Shown here: positions 24,141 to 36,700 of the stretch, one piece after another
How positions within the stretch are numbered: position 1 is the first letter of the stretch
Layout of the letters: the number at the start of each line of letters is the position of its first letter
NCBI RefSeq assembly: GCF_963921235.1
Contig: NC_086118.1
Coordinates: 12,030,001-12,094,000, forward strand
DNA: 64,000 nucleotides
DNA from: Mobula hypostoma
Taxonomy: Eukaryota
Direction: 5' to 3'
Translations under genes and position numbers: made by a program
Notes under the pieces: generated by a model
Databases searched by the model: none
Told to the model about the DNA's origin: nothing
The model's input: only the letters and a program-made list of their open reading frames with translations

Positions 24141-25629
24141 TAGAAACATAGAAACATAGAAACATAGAAAATAGGTGCAGGAGTAGGCCATTCGGCCCTT
24201 CGAGCCTGCACCGCCATTTATTATGATCATGGCTGATCATCCAACTCAGAACCCCACCCCAGCCTTCCCTCCATACCCCCTGACCCCTGTAGCCACAAGG
24301 GCCATATCTAACTCCCTCTTAAACATAGCCAATGAACTGGCCTCAACAGTTTGCTGTGGCAGAGAATTCCACAGATTCACCACTCTCTGTGTGAAGAAGT
24401 TTTTCCTAATCTCGGTCCTAAAAGGCTTCCCCTCTATCCTCAAACTGTGACCCCTCGTTCTGGACTTCCCCAACATCGGGAACAATCTTCCTGCATCTAG
24501 CCTGTCCAATCCCTTTAGGATCTTATACGTTTCAATCAGATCCCCCCTCAATCTTCTAAATTCCAACGAGTGCAAGCCCAGTTCATCCAGTCTTTCTTCA
24601 TATGAAAGTCCTGCCATCCCAGGAATCAATCTGGTGAACATTCTTTGTACTCCCTCTATGGCAAAGATGTCTTTCCTCAGATTAGGGGACCAAAACTGCA
24701 CACAATACTCCAGGTGTGGTCTCACCAAGGCCTTGTACAACTGCAGTAGTACCTCCTTGCTCCTGTACTCGAATCCTCTCGCTATAAATGCCAGCATACC
24801 ATTCGCCTTTTTCACCGCCTGCTGTACCTGCATGCCCACTTTCAATGACTGGTGTATAATGACACCCAGGTCTCGTTGCACCTCCCCTTTTCCTAATCGG
24901 CCACCATTCAGATAATAATCTGTTTTCCTATTTTTGCCACCAAAGTGGATAACTTCATATTTATCCACATTAAATTGCATCTGCCATGAGTTTGCCCACT
25001 CACCCAACCTATCCAAGTCACCCTGCATCCTCTTAGCATCCTCCTCACTGCTAACACTGCCACCCAGCTTCGTGTCATCCGCAAACTTGGAGATGCTGCA
25101 TTTAATTCCCTCATCCAAGTCATTAATATATATTGTAAACAACTGGGGTCCCAGCACTGAACCTTGCGGTACCCCACTAGTCACCGCCTGCCATTCTGAA
25201 AAGGTCCCGTTTATTCCCACTCTTTGCTTCCTGTCTGCTAACCAATTCTCCACCCACACCAGTACCTTACCCCCAATACCATGTGCTTTAAGTTTGCACA
25301 CTAATCTCCTGTGTGGGACCTTGTCAAAAGCCTTTTGAAAATCCAAATATACCACATCCACTGGTTCTCCCCTATCCACTCTACTAGTTACATCCTCAAA
25401 AAATTCTATGAGATTCGTCAGACATGATTTTCCTTTCACAAATCCATGCTGACTTTGTCCGATCATTTCTCCGCTTTCCAAATGTGCTGTTATCACATCC
25501 TTGATAACTGACTCCAGCAGTTTCCCCACCACCGACGTTAGGCTAACCGGTCTATAATTCCCCGGTTTCTCTCTCCCTCCTTTTTTAAAAATTGGGGTTA
25601 CATTAGCCACCCTCCAATCCTCAGGAACT
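24141..25629 (-). mobile_element. Young 5'-truncated CR1 LINE
   Basis: (TTTCTATG)n tail at 24141-24170 on the minus strand. Uninterrupted 454-aa ORF. Confidence 0.95.
24246..25610 (-). CDS. CR1 ORF2 reverse transcriptase domain (5'-truncated, open frame)
   Basis: RT motifs [32 protein letters not shown] and RPHLEYC, with no stop codons. Confidence 0.9.
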   Translation of the reverse strand: MANVTPIFKKGGREKPGNYRPVSLTSVVGKLLESVIKDVITAHLESGEMIGQSQHGFVKGKSCLTNLIEFFEDVTSRVDRGEPVDVVYLDFQKAFDKVPHRRLVCKLKAHGIGGKVLVWVENWLADRKQRVGINGTFSEWQAVTSGVPQGSVLGPQLFTIYINDLDEGIKCSISKFADDTKLGGSVSSEEDAKRMQGDLDRLGEWANSWQMQFNVDKYEVIHFGGKNRKTDYYLNGGRLGKGEVQRDLGVIIHQSLKVGMQVQQAVKKANGMLAFIARGFEYRSKEVLLQLYKALVRPHLEYCVQFWSPNLRKDIFAIEGVQRMFTRLIPGMAGLSYEERLDELGLHSLEFRRLRGDLIETYKILKGLDRLDAGRLFPMLGKSRTRGHSLRIEGKPFRTEIRKNFFTQRVVNLWNSLPQQTVEASSLAMFKRELDMALVATGVRGYGGKAGVGF

Positions 25630-26259
25630 AGAGGCTAAGCTCAGGTTGGAGGAGCAACACCGCATATACTATCTAGGTAGTTTCCAGCCCCTTGGTATGA
25701 ACATAGAATTCTCCAACTTCTGGTAATTCCCTCCCCCTCCCTTCCTCTATCTCTATTTCACTCTACCCTCTCCTCCAGCTCCCTCATGTTTCCACCTCCT
25801 TCTTCTACCACCCATTGTTTTCAGGGCTATGACGTCAATGCTTCCCCTCCCCCACCCCTTTGTCTTTCAAATTACTGGTCTATCAACTGATGCTACAAGC
25901 ATTCTTCAAATCCTTCCCCATCTTTCATTCTTCAGTCCTGATGAAGCGTTCCGGCCCGAAACTTCGACTCATCGTTTCTGACTGATGCTGCCCGACCTGC
26001 TGAGTTCATCCAGCGTACTGAAAGTGTTGCTTTGATCTTTTACAGCATCTGCAGATTATTTTGTGAATTTACATAGAGAAAAGGGTGTTCCTTTATCTGT
26101 GCCTAATTCCAGAGTGCAACCAATCTGGGTCAGTTTAATACTCACAACGTAAACGTGATGTTATGTGGTACAATTCATAAAAGGATACACATCCAGTGCT
26201 GCATGAGCTACATGTGTTGCACAGTAAATATTTATGCAAAGAAATTGAAATTTGTCTCT

Positions 26260-29200
26260 CTTTTTCCTTGATCATTCGTTGGACGAGGACATCACTGGAA
26301 AGGCCAATGATTATTGCCTGTCCCTAATTGCTCCCTGAGGTGGTGGTGAATCCCCTTCTTGCTGCTGTCATTGAGTCAAAGAATCATAGAGTACAGAAAC
26401 AAGCCCTTCAGCCCAACGTGTCCATGTTGCCCAGTGTACCAGAGCCATTAGCCTGCATTTTGCCCATAGCCCTCTAAACCTCTCCTATGCTGTTGGAAAG
26501 ATTCAAACTCAGCATTGAGGAAGAAATCCGGGAACTTAACCCAGTGATGATGAAAGAAAATCATTACATTTCCAAGTGTGAAGTGTGTGTTACTTGGCAG
26601 AGAATACGTAGGTGGTGGAGCCTCATGCATCTGCTGACTTTGATCTTCTTGGTAGCAGGAGTGGCAGGTTTAGGAGCTGCTATTGAAGTACCCTGCTGAC
26701 GAATTGCAGTACACTTTGCTCATGGTAAACATGGCAGCTCTTGTGGAGTGTTGGTGGAGGGAACGAATGCTTGAGGTGGCTGATGGACTACCAGTCAAGC
26801 AGGCTATTTTATCCCAGATGCTCAAACTTTTTGAGAATTGCTGATGCTGCAAACATCTAGGCAAATCGAGAACATACTATCATGTGCTTGTTCTTGTAAA
26901 TGGTGGAAATGAATTGGGAGTTATTCATCATAGGATACAACCATCTTAGCTCCTCTTGTAGCTATGGCAATAAAGACTTTGGTCCAGTCATCTTTCTAGT
27001 CAATGGAATCAAAATCTTGAAAGGACTGGAAGGGGAAGGATGGATGTTATAACTCAATAATGATAATGAGATAAAATTTCAAAGGTTAGATTCTCTCTTT
27101 GCCTAGCACTTCAGTGGTATGAATGTTAATTTCTAATAACAGAACATGTTTGAACATTGTCTAGGTCTTACTGCATACAGATGTGAGCTGCTTTATTAGC
27201 TGACGACTCACAAATGTGTCCTCAGCTGATGAAACAGGCCACATCTTTAAACAGTAAAACCTAGAGAGATAGCCCATGATGATTGAATCTTGTATAGTTA
27301 GACCAAGCATCCTTTTCTGACTTCATGATGAAAGGTGGCAAGTCAATGATGGAGCAGGATGATTGATTCTAAGTATTTATGATCATCTTCTTTGTGTAAT
27401 GCATGACTTCAGCCCCTAGAGTGTTTTCCCCCTTCAATGTCCATCAACTATAGTTTCACCAAAGCACTTTGATGCCACACTCAGAATCACAATATGATTG
27501 CATCATGGAAGTCCATTTGGCCCATTGAGCCTATACTGGCCATATAGAAGAGCAATCCAGTCTGTCCCACTTCCCCACCATTAGAGCCTTGCATTTTTTT
27601 TCTTTTTAGATAGTTATTTAGATCCACTTTGAGTACTGTAACTGACTGTGCCTCCAGTACTATCCTGGAAGTGCATTTCGAACACATGGACCCGGAACTG
27701 AATACAATACTTCAATAGTAGCAAAAGTAATCAATATTTATCATGACCTTGGTTAAAGCTCAGCATCCTATATTCATTTTAAAGCACTTTCCAATCTATG
27801 TTGCTAGCCCTGCAAATTTCAATGAACTGTGTGTGTCTGTCCCAGCATTCTCTGCCAACTACTGCCTTGACGTCAGTGGCCCTTTGATCCATGTTTAGAC
27901 TAAGGTTTTGATGAGCTCTGGAGCTGAGCGGCTCTGGCAAAATTCAAACTAGGCATGAGCGAGCAGGTTATTGGAGAGTTAGTGTCCCTTGATTGCACTG
28001 TCAACAAAGCCTTTGATCATGTTGATATTGATTGATCATAGGCTTCGTGATAGTTAGCTGGATTGGATTTTTTTCTGCTTTGTGTGATACCGGAGCAATA
28101 TTGCATATTGTTAAATAGATGCCGGCGTTGCAACTGCATTGGAACAGTTTGACTATTTCTGGAACACATATCTTCAGTACTATAATTAGGTTGCTGTCTA
28201 AAATGTTCCAAAGACATTTCTGTACCCAGTGCTTTAAGTCACTTCGTGGTAGTGTATGGAGTGAATCAAATTGGCTGACAGTTTGACATCTTTGATTAAG
28301 GATCCACAAAGCTGGATTATCCACTTGGAACTTGTGGCTGACATGGTTGTGAATGCTTCAGACTCGTCTTTAGCTCTCAGCAGCATTGAGGATGAAGATT
28401 CTTATAATATTCTATTTCAGGATCTGGGCCTCACAGGTAAGGTATTTATTGTCCATACTTATTTGCCTTTGAGTAGGCAATAAACCACATTTTTGAACTC
28501 TGCATTCCTTCTGGTAAAGGTGCACTCATAGGAGAGAGTTCCGGGATGTAAAGCCAGCCATGATGATGTATGAATAATATACTGACTTTCTAAGTCAGGA
28601 TGATGCCTAGCTTTAAGTGGTACTTGCATATGGTGATGTCCCAAGTGTCTGCTGCCCTTGTCCTTCTTAGTGGTAGAGGTCACAGGTCTGAGAGGTGCTG
28701 TTGAAATAGCTTGCGTGAGCAATGCAGCACTTTCTGTGTATAGTACACATTGTAGTCACCGTGCACCGCTGGTGGAGCGAATGGATTGCTGAGGGTGGTT
28801 GATGGCGTGCCTGTCATGTGTCTGCTTTGTCCTAGATGGCATTGGCCGACTTGAAAGTTGTGGGTATTACTCTAGTCAAGTGCAAATTATTCCATTGTCC
28901 TGCTGATTTGTAAATGGTGGGGTGACTTTGCAGTGTTCGGGGTGTCAGGTCCCTCCACAGGGCACTCAATCACTGACCTGCTTTTGCAACCATGATATTC
29001 ATGTGTCTGTTTCAGCTGACTTTCAAGTCAATGGCAATCCCAGAGGACTACCCCATCAGCCCTTCTCCCACCGCCGTTCATGGGCAGTTATGGTAAGACT
29101 GCAGGGTTTCAGTCTGGTGATGGCACCCCTATGGCTGTCCCCTTAAAAATAAGTACTCCATTTTGAGTGCTGTTGGTGTTGGGTGGCTAACTTTGGCATT

Positions 29201-30200
29201 GCATGCTGTGATTTACTATTCAATTCTTCACCTGGTTGGCTCCTCCTTTTTAGATAGATCAGTTGCTGCTCCCCACTTCACTTAAATAGGGTTAATCATC
29301 TAACTTGATTGTAGTGGTGCACTGAAACACATCATAGGCCATGTGGTTTCATACTGTGGTACTGTAGATTTTTGCAGCTGAAAATAGCCACACTTACTCA
29401 TGGATGTGCCGTTCAGATTTATTCTGAGTCAATTCCATTAAGCACAATGGTGATACCACAGAGAACGATGAAAACCATCTCCCCACCCCACAGCATGAAA
29501 ATAGTGCTTTACCTCCACAAGGACTGTGGTTACTCCACCAGATGCTGCCATGGATACATGCAACTGCATTAGATAGACTGATGTGAGCAAGGTCAGGTAG
29601 ACTTTCCTCTTGGTTCACTCACTCAGCCATGTACTTCAGGACTGGGTCAGCTTGGTCTTTGCTGCTCTTGATGACAGGCATTGAAAGCACCCCCACCCCA
29701 CCCCACGAATGCATCCTGCGTGTTCGCCACTCTCAGTGCTACTTCCAACATTGATTCCAGCAGCTGATGGAAGATCGCAGATGATAATCAAGAGAGAGAT
29801 TCCCTGCCCATGTTTGGAAGAATTCATATGATTTTGAACCAATATTGAATGTACGGGCATTGCTCCCCCCTGCCTGTGTACCACAGTTCTACTCCAACAT
29901 GTGGGTGTGACTTAATAGTGGGACACAATATATCCAGGAATTGTGAGAGCAGAGAGTGAATATTGTCTGTAAGATATGTTTCGTAAGTACTCATTGTCAG
30001 GCTAGCTGTGGACTAGCTCAACAGGTTTCAACATCAGTCCTAAAGCATTTACAAGGAAGTCTCTTCAATATTGACTGGGATGGATTGACCTTACTGCGTT
30101 GGAACAACCTCTATGCTGATGCAGGGGTAGTCCATTCATTTTATGCTTTAATGTTGCAGAACATAGTACAAAGGCACAACAGAAAGGCTTACTGGGCTAG
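26260..30200 (-). mobile_element. Highly decayed ancient LINE (CR1/L2 clade) fragments
   Basis: Two similar segments at 26270-26870 and 28415-28920 ('ATTGCC...CCCTAATTG', 'GGTAG...GGTTTAGGAG'). ORF 28017-28217 has an 'SNPANY' RT-proximal remnant. Confidence 0.45.
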
Positions 30201-30619
30201 AGGGAGTTCACTTGTGATATCCACTTATACAGATCATGGCACACTCCCTTCCCAGAAAGACTGTTAAATCCAATTCACTTCACTCAAGTGCCAGCTCAGA
30301 TCTACCAAGAACTCTTACAAGTCTGAGCAAAAATACGTTGGCAGCACCATGATATTTTGCACATTTATTTGTGTGTTAAAATGAGGATCATGCCTTGGGA
30401 GCTGCATTCAAAACTTATGGAGGTCTTCCCATTGCAGCCCAGACCAGCTGCAGAAAGGGTTGCCAATGACCTAAGGTGGTGGGAAATCAGTAGTTTGTGT
30501 GGCATTGCTCTCCACCCCGCACGTAGCCCATTACACTGATCAGATCCTATCCTGAGAGTGCTCAGTGTGGGGTAGTGATTATCCTTGAAACAATAGCAAA
30601 CAAATTAGTACAGTTCATG

Positions 30620-30920
30620 ACAGGGTAGATGTTTCTCCTGGCTGGGTTGGCGAGAATTAGGGGTCACAGTCTCACACTAAGTGGCTGGCCGTGAGATGAG
30701 AAAAAATATCTTCAGTCAGAAGACAGTGATTGTTTAGAATTCTCCACTCTAGAGATCTCTGGAGGTTCAATTGCCAATAGAAACCAAGAAATTTCTGGTT
30801 GAATCATTGGATATGGTGTTAGTGCAAAGAAGTAGCACTGACGCTGAAAGATCATTCATAAACTCATTGAATACTGGAGCAGATGATGAGTGGCCTATTT
30901 CCACTTTTATTACTTCTGTT
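30620..30920 (+). mobile_element. Old CR1 3' fragment
   Basis: 'GATGTTTCTCCTGGCTGGG...AGGGGTCACAGTCTC' matches the CR1 C-terminal region. Confidence 0.6.
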
Positions 30921-32116
30921 GCTATGCTTTTACATTTATGCTGAACAATGAGAACGTACCTGGCTGATGCTGTGAGTAACACATTGTCAACTTCCTTATT
31001 CATGTCTCTTTGCTGAACTCTTATGGGGTTTGTTTCTTGTTCATTGCTCCTAATAATCAAAGGCCATAAACTACACCAATATGTGGCCAAATAGATTGAT
31101 AACTGAGACAATGGCTGCTGTGTCATGATGATATCACTAACTGTGTCACTAATGCTGAGCAAACCTGAACCACAGTAAGTGAAGCTCTATTTGTAAGTAT
31201 CTAGACCAATTTTCCAGCAGGTGCTAATGAGACTATAGGATCAGAATCAGGCTATTTGGCCCATTGGGTATGATCGTCCATTTGATCATAGTTGATTTAT
31301 TTTCTCTCTCAACCCTTTCCTCTGGCTTTCTCCTCATAACCTTTGGCACTCTTATTTATCCAGAACCTATCTTGGCATTAGCAGCGGACCAATCGATTCG
31401 GGGAGAGAGAGAGATTTGCACAGGTCAGGGAGAAAAGTTTAACAAAGGAGCATTTTGCGGGGCTCGGTGCTTTAGAACAGTGGGTATGACTGCGAGGCCA
31501 GTTTTCTGTTCTGGGTGTCAGATGTTGGATGTCTGGAAGACTTCCAGCCTCCCTGATGGCCACATCTGTGCCAGGTGCATCGAGCTGCAGCTCCTTAGAG
31601 ACCGAGTAAGGGAACTGGAGCTGCAGTTCAATGAACTTCGGCTTGTTAGGGAGAGTGAGGAGGTGATAGACAGGAGTTACATGCAGGTAGTCACCCTGGG
31701 GCCAAAGGAGACAGGTAAGCCGGTGACCATCAGGAGAGGGAAGGGAGGGCCACAGGTAGTGGAGAGCACTCCTGTAGCTGTCCCCCTTAAAATAAGTACT
31801 CCATTTTGAGTGATGCTGGGGGGTACAACCTACCTGGGGGAAGCAACTGTGGCCATGCCTCTGCCACTGAGTCTGGCCCTGTAGCTCAGAAGGGTAGGGA
31901 ATGGAAGAGGAGGGCAGCAGTAGAAGAGGACTCTACAGTTAGAGGGGCAGATAGGCAATTCTGTGGATGCGAAAAAGAAACAAGAATGGTAGTTTGGCCT
32001 CCCAGGTACCAGGGTTCATGATGTTTCGGAGCGCGTCCACAATATCCTGAAATGGGAGGGTGAGCAGCCAGAGGTTGCGGTACATACTGTACCAATGGCA
32101 TAGATAGAAAAAGGGT

Positions 32117-34345
32117 TCACCACGGTTCCTGTACCCTACCATCCCTTTCCTGTCTCATTGGAACATACTTATACAGAACACCAGGCAAATAACACCTGAA
32201 CATTTGCCACATTTCCGTTGTACATTTCCCTGAGAACATCTACTCCAAATTTATGCTTCCAAATTCCAGCCTGATAGCTTGATATTTCCCCTTACTCCAA
32301 TTAAATATTTTCCTGACTGGTTTGTTCCTATCCCTCTGCCATGATATGGTAAAGGAGATAGAATTGTGATCACTATCTCCAAAATGCTCTCCCACTGAGA
32401 CCTGACACCTGACCAAATTCATTTCCCAATACCAGATCAAGGACAGTCCCTCCTCTTGTAGGCTTATCTACATGTCAGAAAACCTTCCTGAGCACACCTA
32501 ACAAACTCCACCCCATCTAAACCCCTTGCTCTAGGGAGATACCAATCAATATTGGGGAAATTAAAATCTCCCATCACGACAACCCTGTTATTAGTGCACT
32601 GTTCCAGAAACTGTCTCCCTACCTGCTCCTCAACATCCCTGTTACTATTGGGTGTCTATAAAAAACACCCAGTAGAGTTATTGACCCCTTCCTGTTTCTA
32701 ACTTCCACCCACAGAGACTCAGTAGACAATCTCTCCACGATTTCCTCCTTTTCTGCAGCCGTGACACTATCTCTGATCAGCAGTGCCACGCCCCCACCTC
32801 TTTTGCCCCCCTCCCTGTCCTTTCTGAAACATCTATAAGCCTGGCACTCTAAATAGCCATTCCTGCCCCTGTGCTGTCCAAGTCTCTGTAATGGCCACAA
32901 CATCAGAGCTCCAAGTACTGATCAATGCTCTAAGCTCATCTGCTTTGTTCATGATAGGCATTGCATTAAAATAGACACATCTCAAACCATCAGTCTGAGC
33001 ACATCCCTTCTCTATCACCTACCTATCCTCCCATGCACACTGCCTACAAGCTTTCTCTATTTGTGAGCCAAACGTCCCTTCCTTCGTATCTTCAGTTCGG
33101 TTCCAACCTCCCAGCAATTCCAGTTTAAACTTTCTCCGAAAGCCTTAGCAAACCTCCCTGCCAGGATATTGGTCCTCCTCGGATTCAAGTGCAACCCATC
33201 CTTATTGTATAGGTCACACCTGCCCCAAAAGAGGTCCCAATGAGCCAGAAATCTGAATCTCTGCCCCCTGCTCCAATCCCTCAGCCACACATTTATCCTC
33301 CACCTCACTCTATTCCTATACTCACTGTCGTGTGGCACAGGCAGTAATCTCGAGATTACTATCCTTGTGGCCTCGCCTCTCACCTCCTTTCCTAACTCCC
33401 TGTAGCCTGTTTTCAGGACCTCCTTCCTTTTCCTACCTATGTCTTTGGTACCAATATCTACCACACCTCTGGCTGTTCACCTCCCACTTCAGGATATAGT
33501 GGATATGATCAGAATCATCCCGGACCCTGGAACCTGGGAGGCAAACTACCACCGTGTTTCTTTCCCGCGTCCAAGGAATCACCTGTCTGACCCCCTAACT
33601 ATAGAGTTCCCAATCATTGCTGCCATCCTCTGCCTTTTCCTGCCCTTCTGAGCCATAGGGTCAGACTCTGTGCCAGAGGCGCAGCCACTGTTGCTTCCCC
33701 CAGGTATTCCGTTCCCCCCCACAACAGTACCCAAGCAGGAGTACTTATTGTTAAGGGGGACAGCCACAGGGGTACTCTCTGGCATCTGCCTCTTGCTCTT
33801 CCCTCTCCTGACTGTTACCCAATTATCTGTCTCCTGAAGCCCCAATGTGACTACCTGTCTATAGATCCTCTCGATCACCTCCTCACTTTCCCTGACCAGA
33901 CGAAGGTCATCAAGCTACATCTCCAGTTCCCTAACCCGGTCCCTAAGGAGCTGCAGCTCGATGCACCAGCACAGAAGTGGCTGTCCGGGAGGGCGGGATT
34001 CTCCTGGACATCCCACATCAGACACCCAGTACAGAACACCAGTCTTACAGACAGACTTCCTATTCCTATTGTTCACAAATAACTTAGCTCACCTTGACCT
34101 GTTATCGCCGAAGCCCCATTGAGCCAAAGCCCTCCTACTCTGACTCCCTCTACTCTTGTGCCCACTCTATAAAGCTGTCTTCTTTTGAAATTCTTCCTGC
34201 CGATCTAACTCGCTGACATCCACGCTTCTACTCACCTGTGCCTCGATCAAACTGCTGAAGTAAAAATGCTCTCCTTTGAAATTCTTCCTGCCGGTCTAAC
34301 TCACTGATGTCCACGTGCCTGCTCAGTCATGTCTCAATCAAAAAA
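32117..34345 (-). mobile_element. CR1 5' half (5' UTR, ORF1, APE), 3'-truncated and inverted
   Basis: ORFs 33579-33878, 33057-33464 (esterase) and 32833-33018 (APE). Duplicated ~90-bp unit in the 5' UTR. Confidence 0.85.
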
Positions 34346-35873
34346 AAAGGGGGACAGGGAATCAGACTTTTGGATCATTCGGACCTCCTCTCGGGCAGCT
34401 GTGACCTGTACTAAAAGGATGGGTTGCACTTGAATCCGAGCGGGACCAATATCCTGGTGGGGAGGTTTGCTAATGCTGTTGGGGAGGGTTTAAATTAGAT
34501 TTGCAGGGGCGTGGGAACTGAAATGAAGAGGCAGAGGATGAGGAGGTTGGCGCACAAGTAGGGACAGCTTGTAGGGAGTTTCTGAGGAAGGATAGGCAGA
34601 TGTTAGAGCAAAGATGCACTCAGTCTGATGGTTTCAGATGTGTCTATTTTAATGCAAGGAGTATCATGAACAAGGCCAATGATCTTAGAGTGTGGATGAA
34701 TACATGGAACTGTGACGTTGTGGCTATTACAGAGACATGGATGTCTCAGGAACAGGAATGGCTGCTTAGTGTGCCAGGCTTTAGATGTTTCAAAAAGAAC
34801 AGAGAGGGAGGCAAAAGTGGTGGGGACATGGCATTGTTAATTAGGGACATAGTGTCATGGTTGCAGCAAAGGAGGAAATCATGGAGGGATGGTCTACTGA
34901 GTCAGTGTGGGTGGAAGTCAGAAACAGGAAAGGGGCAATAACTCGACTGGGTGTTTTTTTATAGACCCCCCTCCCAATAGTAACAGGGATATCAAGGAGC
35001 AGATCGGGAGGCAGATTCTGGAATGGGGCAATAACAATAAGGTTGTTGTGATGGGAGATTTTAACTTTCCTAATATTGATTGGCATCTCCCTAGAGCAAG
35101 GGGTTTAGATGGGGTGGTTTGTTGGGTGTGTTCGGGAAGGTTTCCTGATGCAATATGTAGATAAGCCAACAAGAGGAGAGGCTGTACTTGACTTAGTATT
35201 GGAAAATGAACCTGGTCAGATATCAGGTCTCTCGGTGGGAGAGCATTTTGGAGGTAGTGACCACAACTCTATCTCCTTCACCACAGCACTGGAAAGGGTT
35301 GGGAGCAGATAATTTGGGAAAACATTTAATTGGGGTGGGGGAAATATGATGCTATTAGGCAGGAACTTGGGGGTGTAAATTGGGAGCAGATGTTCTTAGG
35401 GAAAGGCATAAATGTGGCATAGAGTTCTGTATAGGTATGTTCCATTGAGGATGGTAGGGTTAAAGAACCATGGTGTACAAAATATGTAGAAAATCTAGAT
35501 AAGAAGAAAAAAAAAGATTACGAAAGGTTCAAGAAACTAGGTACTGTTAGAGCTCTAGAAAATTACAAGGTTGCTAGGAAGGACCTTAAGAATAGAATTA
35601 GGAGAGCCAGAAGCAGCCACAAGAAGGCCTTGGTGAACAGGATTAAGGAAAACCCCAAGGCATTCTACAAGCATGTGAAGAGCAAGAGGATGAGCTGTCT
35701 GAGAGTAGGACCAATCAGTTGAGGTTGTGGAAAGGTGTGCATGGATTTGGAGGAGGTAGCGGAGGTACTTAATGAATACAACAGGAATTCTGCAGATGCT
35801 GGAAATTCAAGCAACACACATCAAAGTTGCTGGTGAACGCAGCAGGCCAGGCAGCATCTGTAGGAAGAGGTGC

Positions 35874-35909
35874 AGTCGACGTTTCAGGCCGAGACCCTTC
35901 GTCAGGACT
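35874..35909 (-). ncRNA. Minimal type I hammerhead ribozyme motif (intact)
   Basis: Minus strand AGTC-CTGACGA-AGG gtctcgg CCT-GAAAC-GTC-GACT. Confidence 0.8.
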
Positions 35910-36201
35910 AACTGAAGGAAGAGTGAGTAAGGGATTTGAAAGTTGGAGGGGGAGGGGGAGATCCAAAATGATAGGAGAAGACAGGAGGGGGAGGGATAGA
36001 GCCAAGAGCTGGACAGGTGATAGGCAAAAGGGGATACGAGAGGATCATGGGACAGGAGGTCCGGGAAGAAAGACAAGGGGGAGGGGACCCAGAGGATGGG
36101 CAAGAGGTATATTCAGAGGGACAGAGGGAGAAAAAGGAGAGTGAGAGAAAGAATTTGTGCATAAAAGTAAGTAACAGATGGGGTACGGGGGGAGGTGGGG
36201 C

Positions 36202-36700
36202 CTAGCGGAAGTTAGAGAAGTCGATGTTCATGCCATCAGGTTGGAGGCTACCCAGACGGAATATAAGGTGTTGTTCCTCCAACCTGAGTGTGGCTTCATC
36301 TTTACAGTAGAGGAGGCCGTGGATAGACATGTCAGAATGGGAATGGGATGTGGAATTAAAATGTGTGGCCACTGGGAGATCCTGCTTTCTCTGGCGGACA
36401 GAGCGTAGATGTTCAGCAAAGCGGTCTCCCAGTCTGCGTCGGGTCTCGCCAATATATAAAAGGCCACATCGGGAGCACCGGACGCAGTATATCACCTCAG
36501 TCGACTCACAGGTGAAGTGTTGCCTCACCAGGAAGGACTGTTTGGGGCCCTGAATGGTGGTAAGGGAGGAAGTGTAAGGGCATGTGTAGCACTTGTTCTG
36601 CTTACATGGATAAGTGCCAGGAGGGAGATCAGTGGGGAGGGATGGGGGGGACGAATGGACAAGGGAGTTGCGTAGGGAGTGATCCCTGCGGAATGCAGAG
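36202..36700 (-). pseudogene. Penelope GIY-YIG endonuclease C-terminal coding remnant
   Basis: 'CKQNKCYTC' linker followed by 'VIYCVRCSRCGLLYIGETRRRLGDRFAEH...LEEQHLI...GMN'. Confidence 0.85.

Larger units (their letters stand above)
23168..26068. mobile_element. Head-to-head Penelope-like element (inverted arm 23168-~23700, forward arm ~23700-26068) with GIY-YIG endonuclease remnant, split by a CR1
   Basis: ORF 23828-24151 'VIYCIRCSQCGLLYIDETRRRLADRFVEH'. Arms are reverse complements. TSD TTACA(C/T)AGAGA (23157-23167 and 26069-26079). Mutated hammerheads at 23225-23260 (-) and 25934-25969 (+). Confidence 0.85.
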
